Of a DNA stretch of 64,000 nt, positions 16,859-27,270 are shown in pieces. Location: positions 1,801-65,800 of the forward strand of contig MFPT01000019.1 in assembly GCA_001782805.1 (NCBI GenBank), read 5' to 3'. Position 1 is the first letter of the stretch, and every line of letters starts with the position of its first letter. The position numbers and the translations under genes are program-made. The notes under the pieces were generated by a model. The model saw only the letters and a list, made by a program, of their open reading frames with translations, made no database searches and had not been told where the DNA came from. This DNA is from Candidatus Magasanikbacteria bacterium RIFCSPHIGHO2_01_FULL_41_23. Its GTDB lineage: Bacteria > Patescibacteriota > Patescibacteriia > Magasanikbacterales > UBA922.

Positions 16859-17971
16859 ATGTCATTGTTTGGCAACAAAATTGAATCATATTTGGGCGTT
16901 GATATTGGCGCTGATGGTGTTAAGTTGGTGGAATTGCGTCAAACTAAAGGCCGACCACAATTATGGACATATGGTATAGTCGAAGAACATATTTCCATTC
17001 ATCCGGAGAACGGTGAACGGTCTCTGGCTGAACTTGGATCTAAAAAATCAGTAGTTATACCGCCGGTCAATTCTGAATTTTCATTGGAGCGAGCCGATCA
17101 TATTGCTGTCTTGCTTTCTGGACTCATAAAACAAGCGCGCGTATCCGGTCGTCGCGCCGCGTCAAGTTTGCCTGTATCACATATCTTTCATACCATTATA
17201 AATTTGCCCAAAGTTCCGGAAAAAGAAATTGATGGCATGGTTCAGGCGGAAATAGCCAAGGTTTTGCCACTTCCGAACGATCAAATGCAAATTGTCTATC
17301 AAACGGTGCCACTTTCCGAAACATTGGAGAAAAATTATATTCGTCTTTTGGTTACGGCCGCGCCCAAAAATATGATTGAGTTCTATACGCGGATTTTTCA
17401 AAAAGCCGGTTTGCAATTGTATGAATTGGAAACCGAAGCTTTTGCTTTGTCTCGCGCACTCGTTGGTCGCGATGATTCCTTGACCATGATCGTGGATATT
17501 GGCGCGGAGCGAACTAATTTTTCTTTGATTGACAAAGGATTGCCTATGACGCAACGAAGTTTGAATTTGGGTGGAGCGATTCTTGATACTATTATTGCCG
17601 ATCGATTGGGAATAACTCCGGGAGAAGCGCAATCAATTAAAAGAGATATTTCTTCAAATTCGAAAACCGTTATTTCCACTGAGCCGTTTATTCGTTTTTT
17701 GGAACCACTCGCGAAAGAAATTCAGTATCATTTTGATTTGTATTTAAGTCAAACCGGCAATGAAGGTCGTAAGCCGGAAAAAATTGTCTTGACGGGCGGC
17801 GCGGCTTTTTTCCCACCAATTTTAGAATATCTCAAGAGCCAATTTCCAATGCGAGTGTTTATCGGCGATCCATGGGCTCGTGTTTTGTATCAGGACGGAT
17901 TAAAACCGATTTTGAATGAAATCGCTCCACGCATGGCCGTAGCGCTTGGTTTGGCATTGCGTCATTTTTAG
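16859..17971 (+). CDS. pilM: Type IV pilus assembly ATPase-like protein PilM
   Basis: Actin-like fold start YLGVDIGADGVKLVEL. Size and context next to the pilin and prepilin peptidase. Confidence 0.7.
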   Translation: MSLFGNKIESYLGVDIGADGVKLVELRQTKGRPQLWTYGIVEEHISIHPENGERSLAELGSKKSVVIPPVNSEFSLERADHIAVLLSGLIKQARVSGRRAASSLPVSHIFHTIINLPKVPEKEIDGMVQAEIAKVLPLPNDQMQIVYQTVPLSETLEKNYIRLLVTAAPKNMIEFYTRIFQKAGLQLYELETEAFALSRALVGRDDSLTMIVDIGAERTNFSLIDKGLPMTQRSLNLGGAILDTIIADRLGITPGEAQSIKRDISSNSKTVISTEPFIRFLEPLAKEIQYHFDLYLSQTGNEGRKPEKIVLTGGAAFFPPILEYLKSQFPMRVFIGDPWARVLYQDGLKPILNEIAPRMAVALGLALRHF

Positions 17972-17989
17972 CTTTTTACTATACTAGGT

Positions 17990-18370
17990 ATGGCAAAAGA
18001 TTGGCATATACTGTTGATTGAGAGCGATTCTTTTTTGCTTTCAATGTATAAAGCCAAATTTGAACAAGCAGGCTGGCGTGTTAGCGTGGCTGATAATGGC
18101 TTGGATGGATTGGTTGAAGCTAAACGGAAAAAACCGGATATTATTATGCTGGAAGTTCTTTTGGAACAGACCGATGGTTTTACTGTTTTGGCGGAATTAA
18201 AAAAAGATCGGCAAACTACCAACATACCGGTTGTTTTCCTTACTAGTTTGGGACAAAAACAAGATGTGGAAAAAGGATTGGCTCTTGGTGCGATTGAATA
18301 TTTAATTAAAGCGTATTGCCAGCCTTCTGAGACTATTGTTATTTTAAATCGAATTTTGGAGTCACATTAA
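17990..18370 (+). CDS. Stand-alone response-regulator receiver domain (phospho-acceptor Asp replaced by Glu)
   Basis: CheY-like fold with conserved acidic pocket, Thr/Ser and Lys, but PDIIMLEVLL where canonical receivers have LD. Confidence 0.65.
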   Translation: MAKDWHILLIESDSFLLSMYKAKFEQAGWRVSVADNGLDGLVEAKRKKPDIIMLEVLLEQTDGFTVLAELKKDRQTTNIPVVFLTSLGQKQDVEKGLALGAIEYLIKAYCQPSETIVILNRILESH

Positions 18371-18403
18371 TTTTTTGTTTTCGGATATTTATTATTTTTT
18401 TAT

Positions 18404-18874
18404 ATGAATATGAATAAAAAAGGACTTGCCCTGAGTTCGTCGAAGGGATTTACGCTCATTGAACTGTTGGTGGTCATTGCCATTATCGCCTTGCTTTCCA
18501 CTTTGGCGGTAATCGCTTTGGGATCAGCGCGCAAAAAAGCCAATGATGCTAAACGTTTGTCTGATATGACTCAGATTCGTTTTGCTTTGGAAAGTTATTT
18601 TACCAAACGCAATACATATCCAACTACTTTGCCGGCCGGTGTTGTTTTGGGAGTGGGAAACGCGACTTGTCTCAATACCACAGGTTTTGCTGTCGCTGGT
18701 TGTGCCGAACCGCTTATGGCCATTATTCCGCGTGATCCGGGCGCAGGCACTTATGTTTACTCTTCAAATAACGGGAAAACATATAAAATTTTGGCTTCAC
18801 TGGAAGCCGGCACTGATACGTTAAAACCGGGAGCAATTGCCGTTGATCCGTTTACCATTAAAAATGGACAATAA
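18404..18874 (+). CDS. Type IV pilin / pseudopilin (prepilin N-terminal cleavage/methylation motif)
   Basis: KGFTLIELLVVIAIIALL (G/FTLIE class III signal). The leader region is encoded by the reverse-complement repeat core at 18423-18447. Confidence 0.85.
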   Translation: MNMNKKGLALSSSKGFTLIELLVVIAIIALLSTLAVIALGSARKKANDAKRLSDMTQIRFALESYFTKRNTYPTTLPAGVVLGVGNATCLNTTGFAVAGCAEPLMAIIPRDPGAGTYVYSSNNGKTYKILASLEAGTDTLKPGAIAVDPFTIKNGQ

Positions 18875-18891
18875 TCCAAACGATAATTGTT

Positions 18892-19638
18892 TTGCCTATG
18901 CTGATTTTTTCCGGTTTGTTTTTTTTCATTCTTGGATCAATCACTGCTTCAGCACTCTTAACTTGGTTTTGGCGAGCAAAACAGGGAAAAAAATGGACTG
19001 TAGGTAGATCACTTTGTGATTACTGCTCCGCGCGTTTGCCATTAGTTTCCCTAATTCCAATTTTGGGAAAATTATTAATTCCTCGTTGTCCTCACTGTAA
19101 AAATTTCGGACCATGGTATTCATTTGTCGCAGAACTTTCTGTAGGCTTTGCTTGGGTTTTGGTTTGGTATTATTCATTAGTTTCAAACAATTGGGTAACT
19201 CTCGCGCTTCAATTGATTATAGTAACGGCTTTAATTATTGTCACCGTTTTTGATTTTTATTGGCAAGAAATTCCTTTTTATCTATTGGTTATTTTGCTTA
19301 TTTTCACGCTTATTTTTATTTTATTAAATCCGGATTCGGATATATCATTGGCATCACGTTTGGTGGGAGCAGTGGCCAGTGCGGGTTTTTTTGCCTGGCA
19401 ATATGTTTTATCGCGCGGTCGCTGGATTGGTAGCGCGGATATTTGGCTTGGCGCGTTTTTGGGTTTTTTATTTGGCTGGAATACGATTGTATTGGTCTTG
19501 GCTGCTGGTTATGGCTTGGCGGCAGTCGGATCAATTATTCAACTTTTTATGATGCGCTCAAAAATTCCTCGGACTATTCCTTTGGGAGGTTTTTTGTCGT
19601 TATCCGGTTTAATTTTTTTTCTCAATAAAATAATATGA
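18892..19638 (+). CDS. pilD: Prepilin leader peptidase / N-methyltransferase (A24 family)
   Basis: N-terminal CxxC...CxxC zinc motif, multi-TM, a DFYWQEIP-like aspartate motif. Genomic context. Confidence 0.75.
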   Translation: MPMLIFSGLFFFILGSITASALLTWFWRAKQGKKWTVGRSLCDYCSARLPLVSLIPILGKLLIPRCPHCKNFGPWYSFVAELSVGFAWVLVWYYSLVSNNWVTLALQLIIVTALIIVTVFDFYWQEIPFYLLVILLIFTLIFILLNPDSDISLASRLVGAVASAGFFAWQYVLSRGRWIGSADIWLGAFLGFLFGWNTIVLVLAAGYGLAAVGSIIQLFMMRSKIPRTIPLGGFLSLSGLIFFLNKII

Positions 19639-22169
19639 CGATTATGACTTGGCAAAAGTATGCCCAACTAAAAGAAGCCGAAATTTTTGGTGAATTACAG
19701 ACTGGCTTGACCGGATTATCAAACGCTGAAGTGGAAAAACTGCGGATTGATTCCGGTTACAATGAACTCGGTACGGAAACCAAACGCTGGTATGATATTT
19801 TAGGTCGTCAATTTAAATCGCCGTTCATTTATATTTTGTTGGCGATTGTACCATTGTCGGTTTTTTTCGGTGAAATGCTTGACGCGATCATGGTTATTAT
19901 TTTCATTGTCATTAATGTTGGTTTGGGTTTTTTTCAGGAATTTAAATCAGAAAAAATGCTGGCGATCCTGAGTAATTATGTGGTGGCGCGAGCGCGTGTT
20001 CGCCGCGACAAAAAAGAATCAATGATACCAAGTCGCGAATTAGTTCCCGGAGATGTGGTGATATTGGAAACCGGAGATATAGTGCCCGCAGACGCGCGTG
20101 TGCTTTCTGCCCAGGGTTTGACGATTAATGAATCGGTTTTAACCGGTGAATCAGTGCCCGTAACCAAAGATTCCGTGGCTTGTGCTACGGCTCCCGCTGA
20201 TGTGTACGCGGCGCAAAATATTGTTTTTTCCGGAACAACCGTGGTCGGAGGAAAAGCCGAAGTGGTTGTGATTGGGATTGGAAAAATGAGTTTTATCGGG
20301 AGCATTGCTCGTTTGGCCGCGGATACAGTGCGCGTTAGTGGTTTTGAAAAGGGGATTGGTCACTTGAGTACATTTATTTTGCGCCTGATTTTTGGTACTT
20401 TGGCACTGGTTTTTGCCGCCAATTTAATAATTAAACCAATCACGAGCAGTAGTTTAATTGAATTGATTATTTTTTCCATTGCCCTCGCGATTAGCGTGAT
20501 TCCCGAAGCTTTGCCGGTAGTAACGACATTTTCTTTATCACGCGGCGCACTGCATTTGGCCAAGAAAAAAGTCGTGGTCAAACGTTTGTCTGCGATTGAA
20601 GATTTGGGTGGCATTGATATTTTGTGCACGGATAAGACGGGCACAATTACGGAAAATGAATTAAGTGTTGCGGAAATTTTACCGATTGATGATTATCATA
20701 AAGATGATGTAATACTAGCGGCGGCTCAGGCTTCGCCGTTTTTGTATGAAGCGGGTAAAGAACCGAACAATGCGTTTGACAGCGCATTGGCAAAGGTAAT
20801 TACGAAAACAGAGCGAGCGGTTTTAACCAAAAGTCACATTGTGGCGGAAATTCCTTTTGATCCGGTGCGACGACGCAACGCTGTTTTGGTGGTAAGTGGC
20901 GCGAACGCAAATGTAATTGTGCGTGGCGCGTACGAAGAAGTGAGTCTGCTTTGTACCAACATTTCAGGCCATAATAAAGAAATTTTGGCCTGGCTTAAAA
21001 ACGAAGGCGAGCATGGCCGACGCGTTATTGTCGTTGCCAAACGCAAAGCAAAACAAAATGAAGTCAATGATTTGGCTGGAGCCGAACACGATTTGTTATG
21101 TGTTGGTTTGATTTCGTTTGTTGATCCGCTTAAATCCACGAGTCATGCCGCAATTACTGAAGCCAAGCAATTGGGCGTGACAGTAAAAATTTTAACCGGC
21201 GATGGTCCGGAAGTGGCCGGCGCCATTGGCCTCGAAGTCGGTCTTATTGAAAAAAATGATGAAGTCATTACCGGAGCTGAGCTGTTTGCTTTGCCTCCGG
21301 ATGAACAAACGCAAGCGGTGGAAACACATGCGGTTTTTGCGCGTGTTAACCCGAGTGAAAAATATCAAATTATTAAATTATTACAATCCAAGCATCATGT
21401 GGGATTTTTGGGCGAAGGAATTAATGACGCGCCCGCCTTGAAAATCGCCGAAGTGGGATTGGTTGTGGCCGAAGCTTCTGATGTGGCTCGTTCAGCGGCC
21501 GATGTCGTGCTTCTGAAAAAAAGTTTGGAAGTGATTATCGATGGAATTCGCGAAGGCCGAATTGTTTTTGTTAACACGTTGACGTATATTAAGTCAACTT
21601 TGGCTTCAAACTTGGGAAATTTTTATGCCGTGGCCGTTGCTTCGCTACTGATTGACTATTTGCCCATGCTGCCATTGCAAATTTTGCTGTTGAATTTGTT
21701 GTCTGATTTCCCCATGATCGCGATTGCCACTGATCGCGTGGATGCGCAAGCACTAAAAAAGCCAAAACAATATGACATTAAAGAAATCGCGCTTATTGCT
21801 ACCGTGCTTGGTTTGGTCAGTTCATTATTTGATTTTATTTATTTCGCGTATTTCAAAAATGGCGGTCCGGCCACATTGCAGACCAATTGGTTTATGGGCA
21901 GTATTATTACCGAATTATTATTTTTGTTTTCCATTCGCACGCGTCGTTGGAGTTGGCAGGGTCGCAGGCCATCAACGACAATTTTAATTCTTACTCTTGG
22001 TGCGGCTTTGGTGACGATTGTCATTCCGCTTTTGTCGTGGAGTCGGGAAATTTTCAAATTTACTCTGCCGTCTAAAAACGATTATCTGGCCGTGTTTATT
22101 ATCGCGGCTCTTTACTTTGTAACCACTGAAGTGGTAAAGTGGGCGTATTATAAGTGGTTTAATAAATAA
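19635..22169 (+). CDS. Cation-transporting P-type ATPase (Mg2+/Ca2+-type)
   Basis: Cation_ATPase_N, TGES-like actuator region, DKTGTITEN phosphorylation motif, TGDGPEVA, GEGINDAPAL. Confidence 0.85.
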   Translation: MTIMTWQKYAQLKEAEIFGELQTGLTGLSNAEVEKLRIDSGYNELGTETKRWYDILGRQFKSPFIYILLAIVPLSVFFGEMLDAIMVIIFIVINVGLGFFQEFKSEKMLAILSNYVVARARVRRDKKESMIPSRELVPGDVVILETGDIVPADARVLSAQGLTINESVLTGESVPVTKDSVACATAPADVYAAQNIVFSGTTVVGGKAEVVVIGIGKMSFIGSIARLAADTVRVSGFEKGIGHLSTFILRLIFGTLALVFAANLIIKPITSSSLIELIIFSIALAISVIPEALPVVTTFSLSRGALHLAKKKVVVKRLSAIEDLGGIDILCTDKTGTITENELSVAEILPIDDYHKDDVILAAAQASPFLYEAGKEPNNAFDSALAKVITKTERAVLTKSHIVAEIPFDPVRRRNAVLVVSGANANVIVRGAYEEVSLLCTNISGHNKEILAWLKNEGEHGRRVIVVAKRKAKQNEVNDLAGAEHDLLCVGLISFVDPLKSTSHAAITEAKQLGVTVKILTGDGPEVAGAIGLEVGLIEKNDEVITGAELFALPPDEQTQAVETHAVFARVNPSEKYQIIKLLQSKHHVGFLGEGINDAPALKIAEVGLVVAEASDVARSAADVVLLKKSLEVIIDGIREGRIVFVNTLTYIKSTLASNLGNFYAVAVASLLIDYLPMLPLQILLLNLLSDFPMIAIATDRVDAQALKKPKQYDIKEIALIATVLGLVSSLFDFIYFAYFKNGGPATLQTNWFMGSIITELLFLFSIRTRRWSWQGRRPSTTILILTLGAALVTIVIPLLSWSREIFKFTLPSKNDYLAVFIIAALYFVTTEVVKWAYYKWFNK

Positions 22170-22172
22170 TAT

Positions 22173-23087
22173 ATGTGGATTGACATTGTCATTATTATCG
22201 GACTGATCGTATTTGAAGTGGTCAGTAGTATTGATAACGCGATTGTAAACGCGCATATGCTCAAAACCATGGGCGAAAAAGCGCGCAAATGGTTTTTGGT
22301 TTGGGGAATATTTTTTGCCGTGTTTGTGGCACGGGGGATTTTGCCGTTTTTGATTGTCTGGCTGGCAACGCCTGGTTTGGGATTTTTAGCCGCAGTATCA
22401 GCGACGTTTGGAAGCAGTGAAACCGCGGCCGCTGCGATTGAATCAAGTTCGTATATTTTGTTGACCGGTGGTGGCATGTTTTTGTTGTTGTTATATTTTC
22501 ATTGGTTATTTTTGGAAAAAAAGGATCCGTATTTTTTTTCCGATAAGTGGGTTAAGGAACATCATGGTGTGTGGTTTTTCGCCATCGCGGCTTTGATGCT
22601 GGTCGGAGTAATGTATCTAACACGTGATCAACCGCTCGCCATGATTGCCGCGGCTACGGGCAATGCTGTCTTTTTTATTTTATATGGTTTTCGAGAAACT
22701 GCGGAAAAAGGAGAGAAGAAAATGGAGCAAGGCGGTGTAAGTGATTTGGCGAAATTAGCCTATCTTGAAGTTTTGGATCTTTCTTTTAGTATTGACGGAA
22801 TTTTCGGCGCATTCGCGTTTACGACCAGTATTATGTTAATTTTAATCGGCAATGGAATCGGAGCCTTAGTTGTGCGGGAATTAACTATTCGAGGAGTGGA
22901 TAAAGTGGGGAATTACAAGTGGCTTAAAAACGGCGCTATGACATCGATCGGCTTCCTCGGAGCCTTCATGACCGCCGAAGCGCTTGGCGTGCATATGGCC
23001 GAATGGATTCCGACTGTGACAACGTGTTTGTTGGTGGGGGTGACATTTTGGGCGTCGCACAGGCATTTGAAGAAACAACAAAGCTGA
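22173..23087 (+). CDS. TerC/DUF475-family integral membrane protein
   Basis: Two EVxSxIDNAIV / EVLDLSFSIDGIF repeats characteristic of the TerC/DUF475 superfamily. Multi-TM. Confidence 0.55.
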   Translation: MWIDIVIIIGLIVFEVVSSIDNAIVNAHMLKTMGEKARKWFLVWGIFFAVFVARGILPFLIVWLATPGLGFLAAVSATFGSSETAAAAIESSSYILLTGGGMFLLLLYFHWLFLEKKDPYFFSDKWVKEHHGVWFFAIAALMLVGVMYLTRDQPLAMIAAATGNAVFFILYGFRETAEKGEKKMEQGGVSDLAKLAYLEVLDLSFSIDGIFGAFAFTTSIMLILIGNGIGALVVRELTIRGVDKVGNYKWLKNGAMTSIGFLGAFMTAEALGVHMAEWIPTVTTCLLVGVTFWASHRHLKKQQS

Positions 23088-23143
23088 ATTTCTGTTGACG
23101 ACTTTTTATAAACCCTGTATTATAGAGGCGTTTTGTAGTCTAT

Positions 23144-23401
23144 ATGCCATTATTCGCAACAGACAAAGATCGTCGTTATGCTTTGCTCGGTCTCCGGATC
23201 GTGGGTGATTTTGGTGCGAGTATCGCGGTTCCAGTAATTTTATTTGTTTTGATCGGGCAATGGCTGGATGATATATATCAACAAGGATATTGGTTTACGA
23301 TTTTTGCTTTTGTTTTGGCCGCAGCCATTTCCGCGCGGATGATTTATAAAAAAGCCAAAGCGTATGGCACAGAATTTCAAAACATGGATAAAGAAAAATA
23401 A
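23144..23401 (+). CDS. Small two-TM protein, putative ATP synthase protein I (AtpI/AtpZ-like)
   Basis: 85 aa, two hydrophobic helices, sits immediately upstream of atpB. Confidence 0.4.
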   Translation: MPLFATDKDRRYALLGLRIVGDFGASIAVPVILFVLIGQWLDDIYQQGYWFTIFAFVLAAAISARMIYKKAKAYGTEFQNMDKEK

Positions 23402-23404
23402 AAT

Positions 23405-24208
23405 ATGTCAGCGATTCACATTCCAACTCTCGCGCCCGATGTCCTATTTCATATCGGAGGAATTATGATTACGAACACGATGGTCAATGTGTGGTTGGCG
23501 TTATTTATTTTTTTAGGTGTTGGATTAATGATTTCGCGCAAAGCATCATTGCGTCCGGGAAAATTGCAAAACATATTGGAATATTTTTTGGAAATTTTGT
23601 TGGGTTACTTTGATCAAGTTACAGGCGATAGAATCAAAACAAAACGATTTTTACCGCTCGTTGGCTCAATTTTCTTTTTTATTTTACTTTCCAATTGGTT
23701 GGGATTGTTGCCTGGGACTGGGAGTATTACGGTTGGAGATCATTTTCTTTTGCGTCCGGCCAATTCTGATTTGAATTTAACGGTTGCCATGGCGTTGGTA
23801 TCCGTGATTGCGTCGCATGTCTTTGGTATTATGGCCGTGGGATTTTTCGCCCATATTGGGAAATTTGTTCAATTCGGATCATTGGCACGCAGTTTTAAAA
23901 AAGGACCGATCGGAATTTTTCAGGGCGTGATTGAATTTATGGTGGGATTTTTGGAAATTATCAGTGAAATGGCCAAAGTGTTATCATTATCACTGCGGTT
24001 ATTCGGGAATATCTTTGCCGGCGAAGTTTTGATTTCGGTTATTGGCGCTTTGGTCGCCGCGATTGTGCCGACGCCATTTATGTTATTGGAAATTTTGGTC
24101 GGTTTAATTCAGGCCGCAGTATTTTCCATGTTGACGTTGGTGTATTTGACTGTTGCCAGCGCGGAACCGCATGGTGAATCAGAAACTGCGCATGTCGGTG
24201 GACACTAA
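23405..24208 (+). CDS. atpB: F0F1 ATP synthase subunit a
   Basis: LSLRLFGNIFAGE motif with the conserved Arg. Multi-TM. Confidence 0.9.
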   Translation: MSAIHIPTLAPDVLFHIGGIMITNTMVNVWLALFIFLGVGLMISRKASLRPGKLQNILEYFLEILLGYFDQVTGDRIKTKRFLPLVGSIFFFILLSNWLGLLPGTGSITVGDHFLLRPANSDLNLTVAMALVSVIASHVFGIMAVGFFAHIGKFVQFGSLARSFKKGPIGIFQGVIEFMVGFLEIISEMAKVLSLSLRLFGNIFAGEVLISVIGALVAAIVPTPFMLLEILVGLIQAAVFSMLTLVYLTVASAEPHGESETAHVGGH

Positions 24209-24296
24209 ATAATCCATTGATATTTTTTTCTAAATTTTGGAAAAAAGTATCAGTATGATTATTCATACTTTTATTCAATGATACACGGCGAGGTAA

Positions 24297-24560
<264 letters not shown>

Positions 24561-24652
24561 ATTGATTGTGATCCTGATAAGGTGAAACACTTATGTCGGG
24601 ATTACGAATTGGTTTATTTAGAATTTTTTATTTATACTGAGTTTACCGAAGT

Positions 24653-25201
24653 ATGTCAGCGCAAAACGAAACCACAAGTAATGAGACTTTAGAAAAAGGA
24701 TCTGAAGAAAGTGTGTTGGCCAGTTTAGGAATTAACAGTCAATTATTTGTTTGGCAATTAATTAACTTTGCGTTAGTGGCGTTTGTGGTATGGTATAAAA
24801 TTCTCAAGCCACTAACTAAAAAATTGGACGAACGCAAAACTATTATTGACGAAAGCTTGGATCGTGCCAAAGAAATTGAAACGTCGTACGCGAAGAGCAA
24901 AGCGGAATATGATGCGGCGCTTAAACAGGCGAAACAAGAAGCGAATGGAATTGTGAGTGAGGCAAAACGCGTGGCTGATGAATTATCAAATGCCATGAAA
25001 GCCAAAACCAAAGAAGACATTGATGGTTTGGTGAAACAGGCCAAAGTTAAAATTGATGAAGAGCGCGACGCGGTGATGGAAGGCGTGAAATTGGAAATCG
25101 CGAATTTAGTGGTTACGGCCACGGAGAAAATTTTGCGTGAAAAATTGGATGATAAAAAAGATCAGAAATTAATAAGCGATACACTCAAATCATTAGAATG
25201 A
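24653..25201 (+). CDS. atpF: F0F1 ATP synthase subunit b
   Basis: N-terminal TM followed by a long charged coiled coil. Position in the operon. Confidence 0.8.
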   Translation: MSAQNETTSNETLEKGSEESVLASLGINSQLFVWQLINFALVAFVVWYKILKPLTKKLDERKTIIDESLDRAKEIETSYAKSKAEYDAALKQAKQEANGIVSEAKRVADELSNAMKAKTKEDIDGLVKQAKVKIDEERDAVMEGVKLEIANLVVTATEKILREKLDDKKDQKLISDTLKSLE

Positions 25202-25203
25202 GA

Positions 25204-25284
25204 ATAAAAATTCACTGCAAATCTTTTTCTGGCTCACGTCGTAAACTCCGTGCCCAAAAAAGCTTTATCCGTTCCATTTTTATT
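25204..25284. repeat. Intergenic repeat element, copy 2 (same family as 8120-8229), inserted between atpF and atpH
   Basis: ATAAAAATTCACTGCAAATCTTTTT ... CGTAAAC ... AAAAAAGCTTTATCCGTTCCATTTTTATT aligns block-wise with copy 1. Confidence 0.8.
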
Positions 25285-25298
25285 CTAACAAGACTAAT

Positions 25299-25724
25299 AT
25301 GCCAAAATTGTTGCCCCGCCAATACGCCAAAATTCTCTACGCTGTGACGCACGAAGCCAAGGATGTTCCCAAGGCGGTTGGTATGTTCGCGAAATTTTTA
25401 GAGCGTCGGCGCGCGACCAAAAAATTGCCGGTTATCATTGCTGAATTTTTAAATTTGGTACAGGAGAAACAGGGGATACTGAATGTGAAAGTAACTACGG
25501 CGCGAGTATTGCCGGAAAATAAAATAATTGAATTGGTAAAAAAAGTTCTTGTTCCGAGCGGCTTGTCCCGAGTCCCGAGGGAAGTCGAGGGAGAAGTCGC
25601 GGTTGAAATAAATGTTGATGCTACGATTGTAGGCGGCATGATTATGGAAACCAGCACTCACCGCTGGGACGCCAGTGTCAAAAATCAATTAGTACAATTA
25701 AATAATCAATTAACCCGAAAATAA
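25299..25724 (+). CDS. atpH: F0F1 ATP synthase subunit delta
   Basis: OSCP-like. C-terminal motif [23 protein letters not shown]. Position in the operon. Confidence 0.75.
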   Translation: MPKLLPRQYAKILYAVTHEAKDVPKAVGMFAKFLERRRATKKLPVIIAEFLNLVQEKQGILNVKVTTARVLPENKIIELVKKVLVPSGLSRVPREVEGEVAVEINVDATIVGGMIMETSTHRWDASVKNQLVQLNNQLTRK

Positions 25725-25747
25725 TTAACACTTGTAAGGGAATACTT

Positions 25748-27244
25748 ATGTCATATACTGATTCGGTCATTGCCTCACTTAAGAAAAATTTAGACGCGTT
25801 CGCGCCGGGCGCCAGCGTGGAAGAAATCGGCACAGTCATTGAAGTTGGCGATGGGATTGCCCGCATGTCTGGTTTGGCCAATTGTCAGGCGCAAGAAATG
25901 ATTGAGTTCGCTGATGGGACTATTGGTGTTGTGCTTAATTTGGAAGAAGAAACCGTCGGCGCAATTATTTTGGGTGATTATAAAAAGATTAAAGAAGGCG
26001 ATACGGTCAAACGTACCGGCAAAATTATGTCAGTGCCGGTTGGTGACGCCATGATTGGTCGGGTCGTAAATGCGCTGGGCATTCCGATTGATGGCCGCGG
26101 CGCAATTAAAACCAAAGATGTGTACCCGATTGAACGCGTGGCGCCGGGAGTTATTACGCGCGAATCGGTCAATCGTCCGATGCAAACCGGGATTAAAGCG
26201 ATTGATGCTTTGATTCCCATCGGTCGTGGTCAGCGTGAACTGATTATCGGCGATCGCCAGACCGGTAAAACTGCTTTAGCGATTGACGCGATCATTAACC
26301 AAAAAGGCCAGAACATGGTGTGCGTGTACGTGGCCGTTGGTCAAAAAGAATCCAAAGTCGCGCGCTTGGTCGCGAAATTAAAAGAGGCGGGCGCCATGGA
26401 TTACACGGTCGTGGTTGTGGCCGGCGCGTCTGAACCAGCGCCAATGTCCTACCTCGCGCCATATTCCGGTGTGACCATGGCTGAATATTTTGCGGACAAA
26501 GGTCAGGATGTGCTCATTATCTACGATGATTTGACCAAACAAGCTTGGGCGTATCGCGAAATGTCACTGCTCTTGCGCCGTCCACCCGGTCGTGAAGCGT
26601 ATCCGGGCGACGTGTTTTACCTCCACTCTCGCTTGTTGGAACGCGCCTGCAACTTAAATAAAGAACATGGTGGTGGTTCCATTACGGCTTTGCCGATTAT
26701 TGAAACTCAGGCCGGTGATATTTCCGCCTACATTCCCACAAACGTTATTTCCATTACTGACGGCCAAATTTTCTTGGAAACGGATTTGTTCTACCGCGGT
26801 ATTCGTCCGGCCTTGAATGTTGGTCTTTCAGTTTCTCGCGTTGGTGGCAGCGCGCAAATTAAACCCATGAAAAAAGTGGCCGGCAGTATGAAGCTCGCGC
26901 TCGCGCAATTTCGCGAACTCGAAGCCTTTGCGCAATTCTCCAGTGACTTGGATGCCGATACCAAAAAGCAAATTGAACGCGGCCGCCGGATTACCGAACT
27001 TTTAAAGCAACCGCAATTTTCACCCATGCCCGTGGCGCAACAGGTCGCGATCATTTACGCGGTTAATAATGGTTTTTTTGACAACACGGAAATTATCGCC
27101 ATTACGGAAAAGCAGAACGCGTTCGTGGAATTTTTGCAAAGTAGTAAAAGTGCGTTGTTGGAAAAGATTGCTGGCGGTGATTGGAGTGAAGAAGTGGAAA
27201 AAGAATTGAAGTCAGCCTGTAGTGAGTTTTTTTATATAATTTAA
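25748..27244 (+). CDS. atpA: F0F1 ATP synthase subunit alpha
   Basis: GDRQTGKT P-loop and the alpha-subunit signature. Confidence 0.95.
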   Translation: MSYTDSVIASLKKNLDAFAPGASVEEIGTVIEVGDGIARMSGLANCQAQEMIEFADGTIGVVLNLEEETVGAIILGDYKKIKEGDTVKRTGKIMSVPVGDAMIGRVVNALGIPIDGRGAIKTKDVYPIERVAPGVITRESVNRPMQTGIKAIDALIPIGRGQRELIIGDRQTGKTALAIDAIINQKGQNMVCVYVAVGQKESKVARLVAKLKEAGAMDYTVVVVAGASEPAPMSYLAPYSGVTMAEYFADKGQDVLIIYDDLTKQAWAYREMSLLLRRPPGREAYPGDVFYLHSRLLERACNLNKEHGGGSITALPIIETQAGDISAYIPTNVISITDGQIFLETDLFYRGIRPALNVGLSVSRVGGSAQIKPMKKVAGSMKLALAQFRELEAFAQFSSDLDADTKKQIERGRRITELLKQPQFSPMPVAQQVAIIYAVNNGFFDNTEIIAITEKQNAFVEFLQSSKSALLEKIAGGDWSEEVEKELKSACSEFFYII

Positions 27245-27270
27245 CCATTTTTTTTAATTCATTTTTCTAT

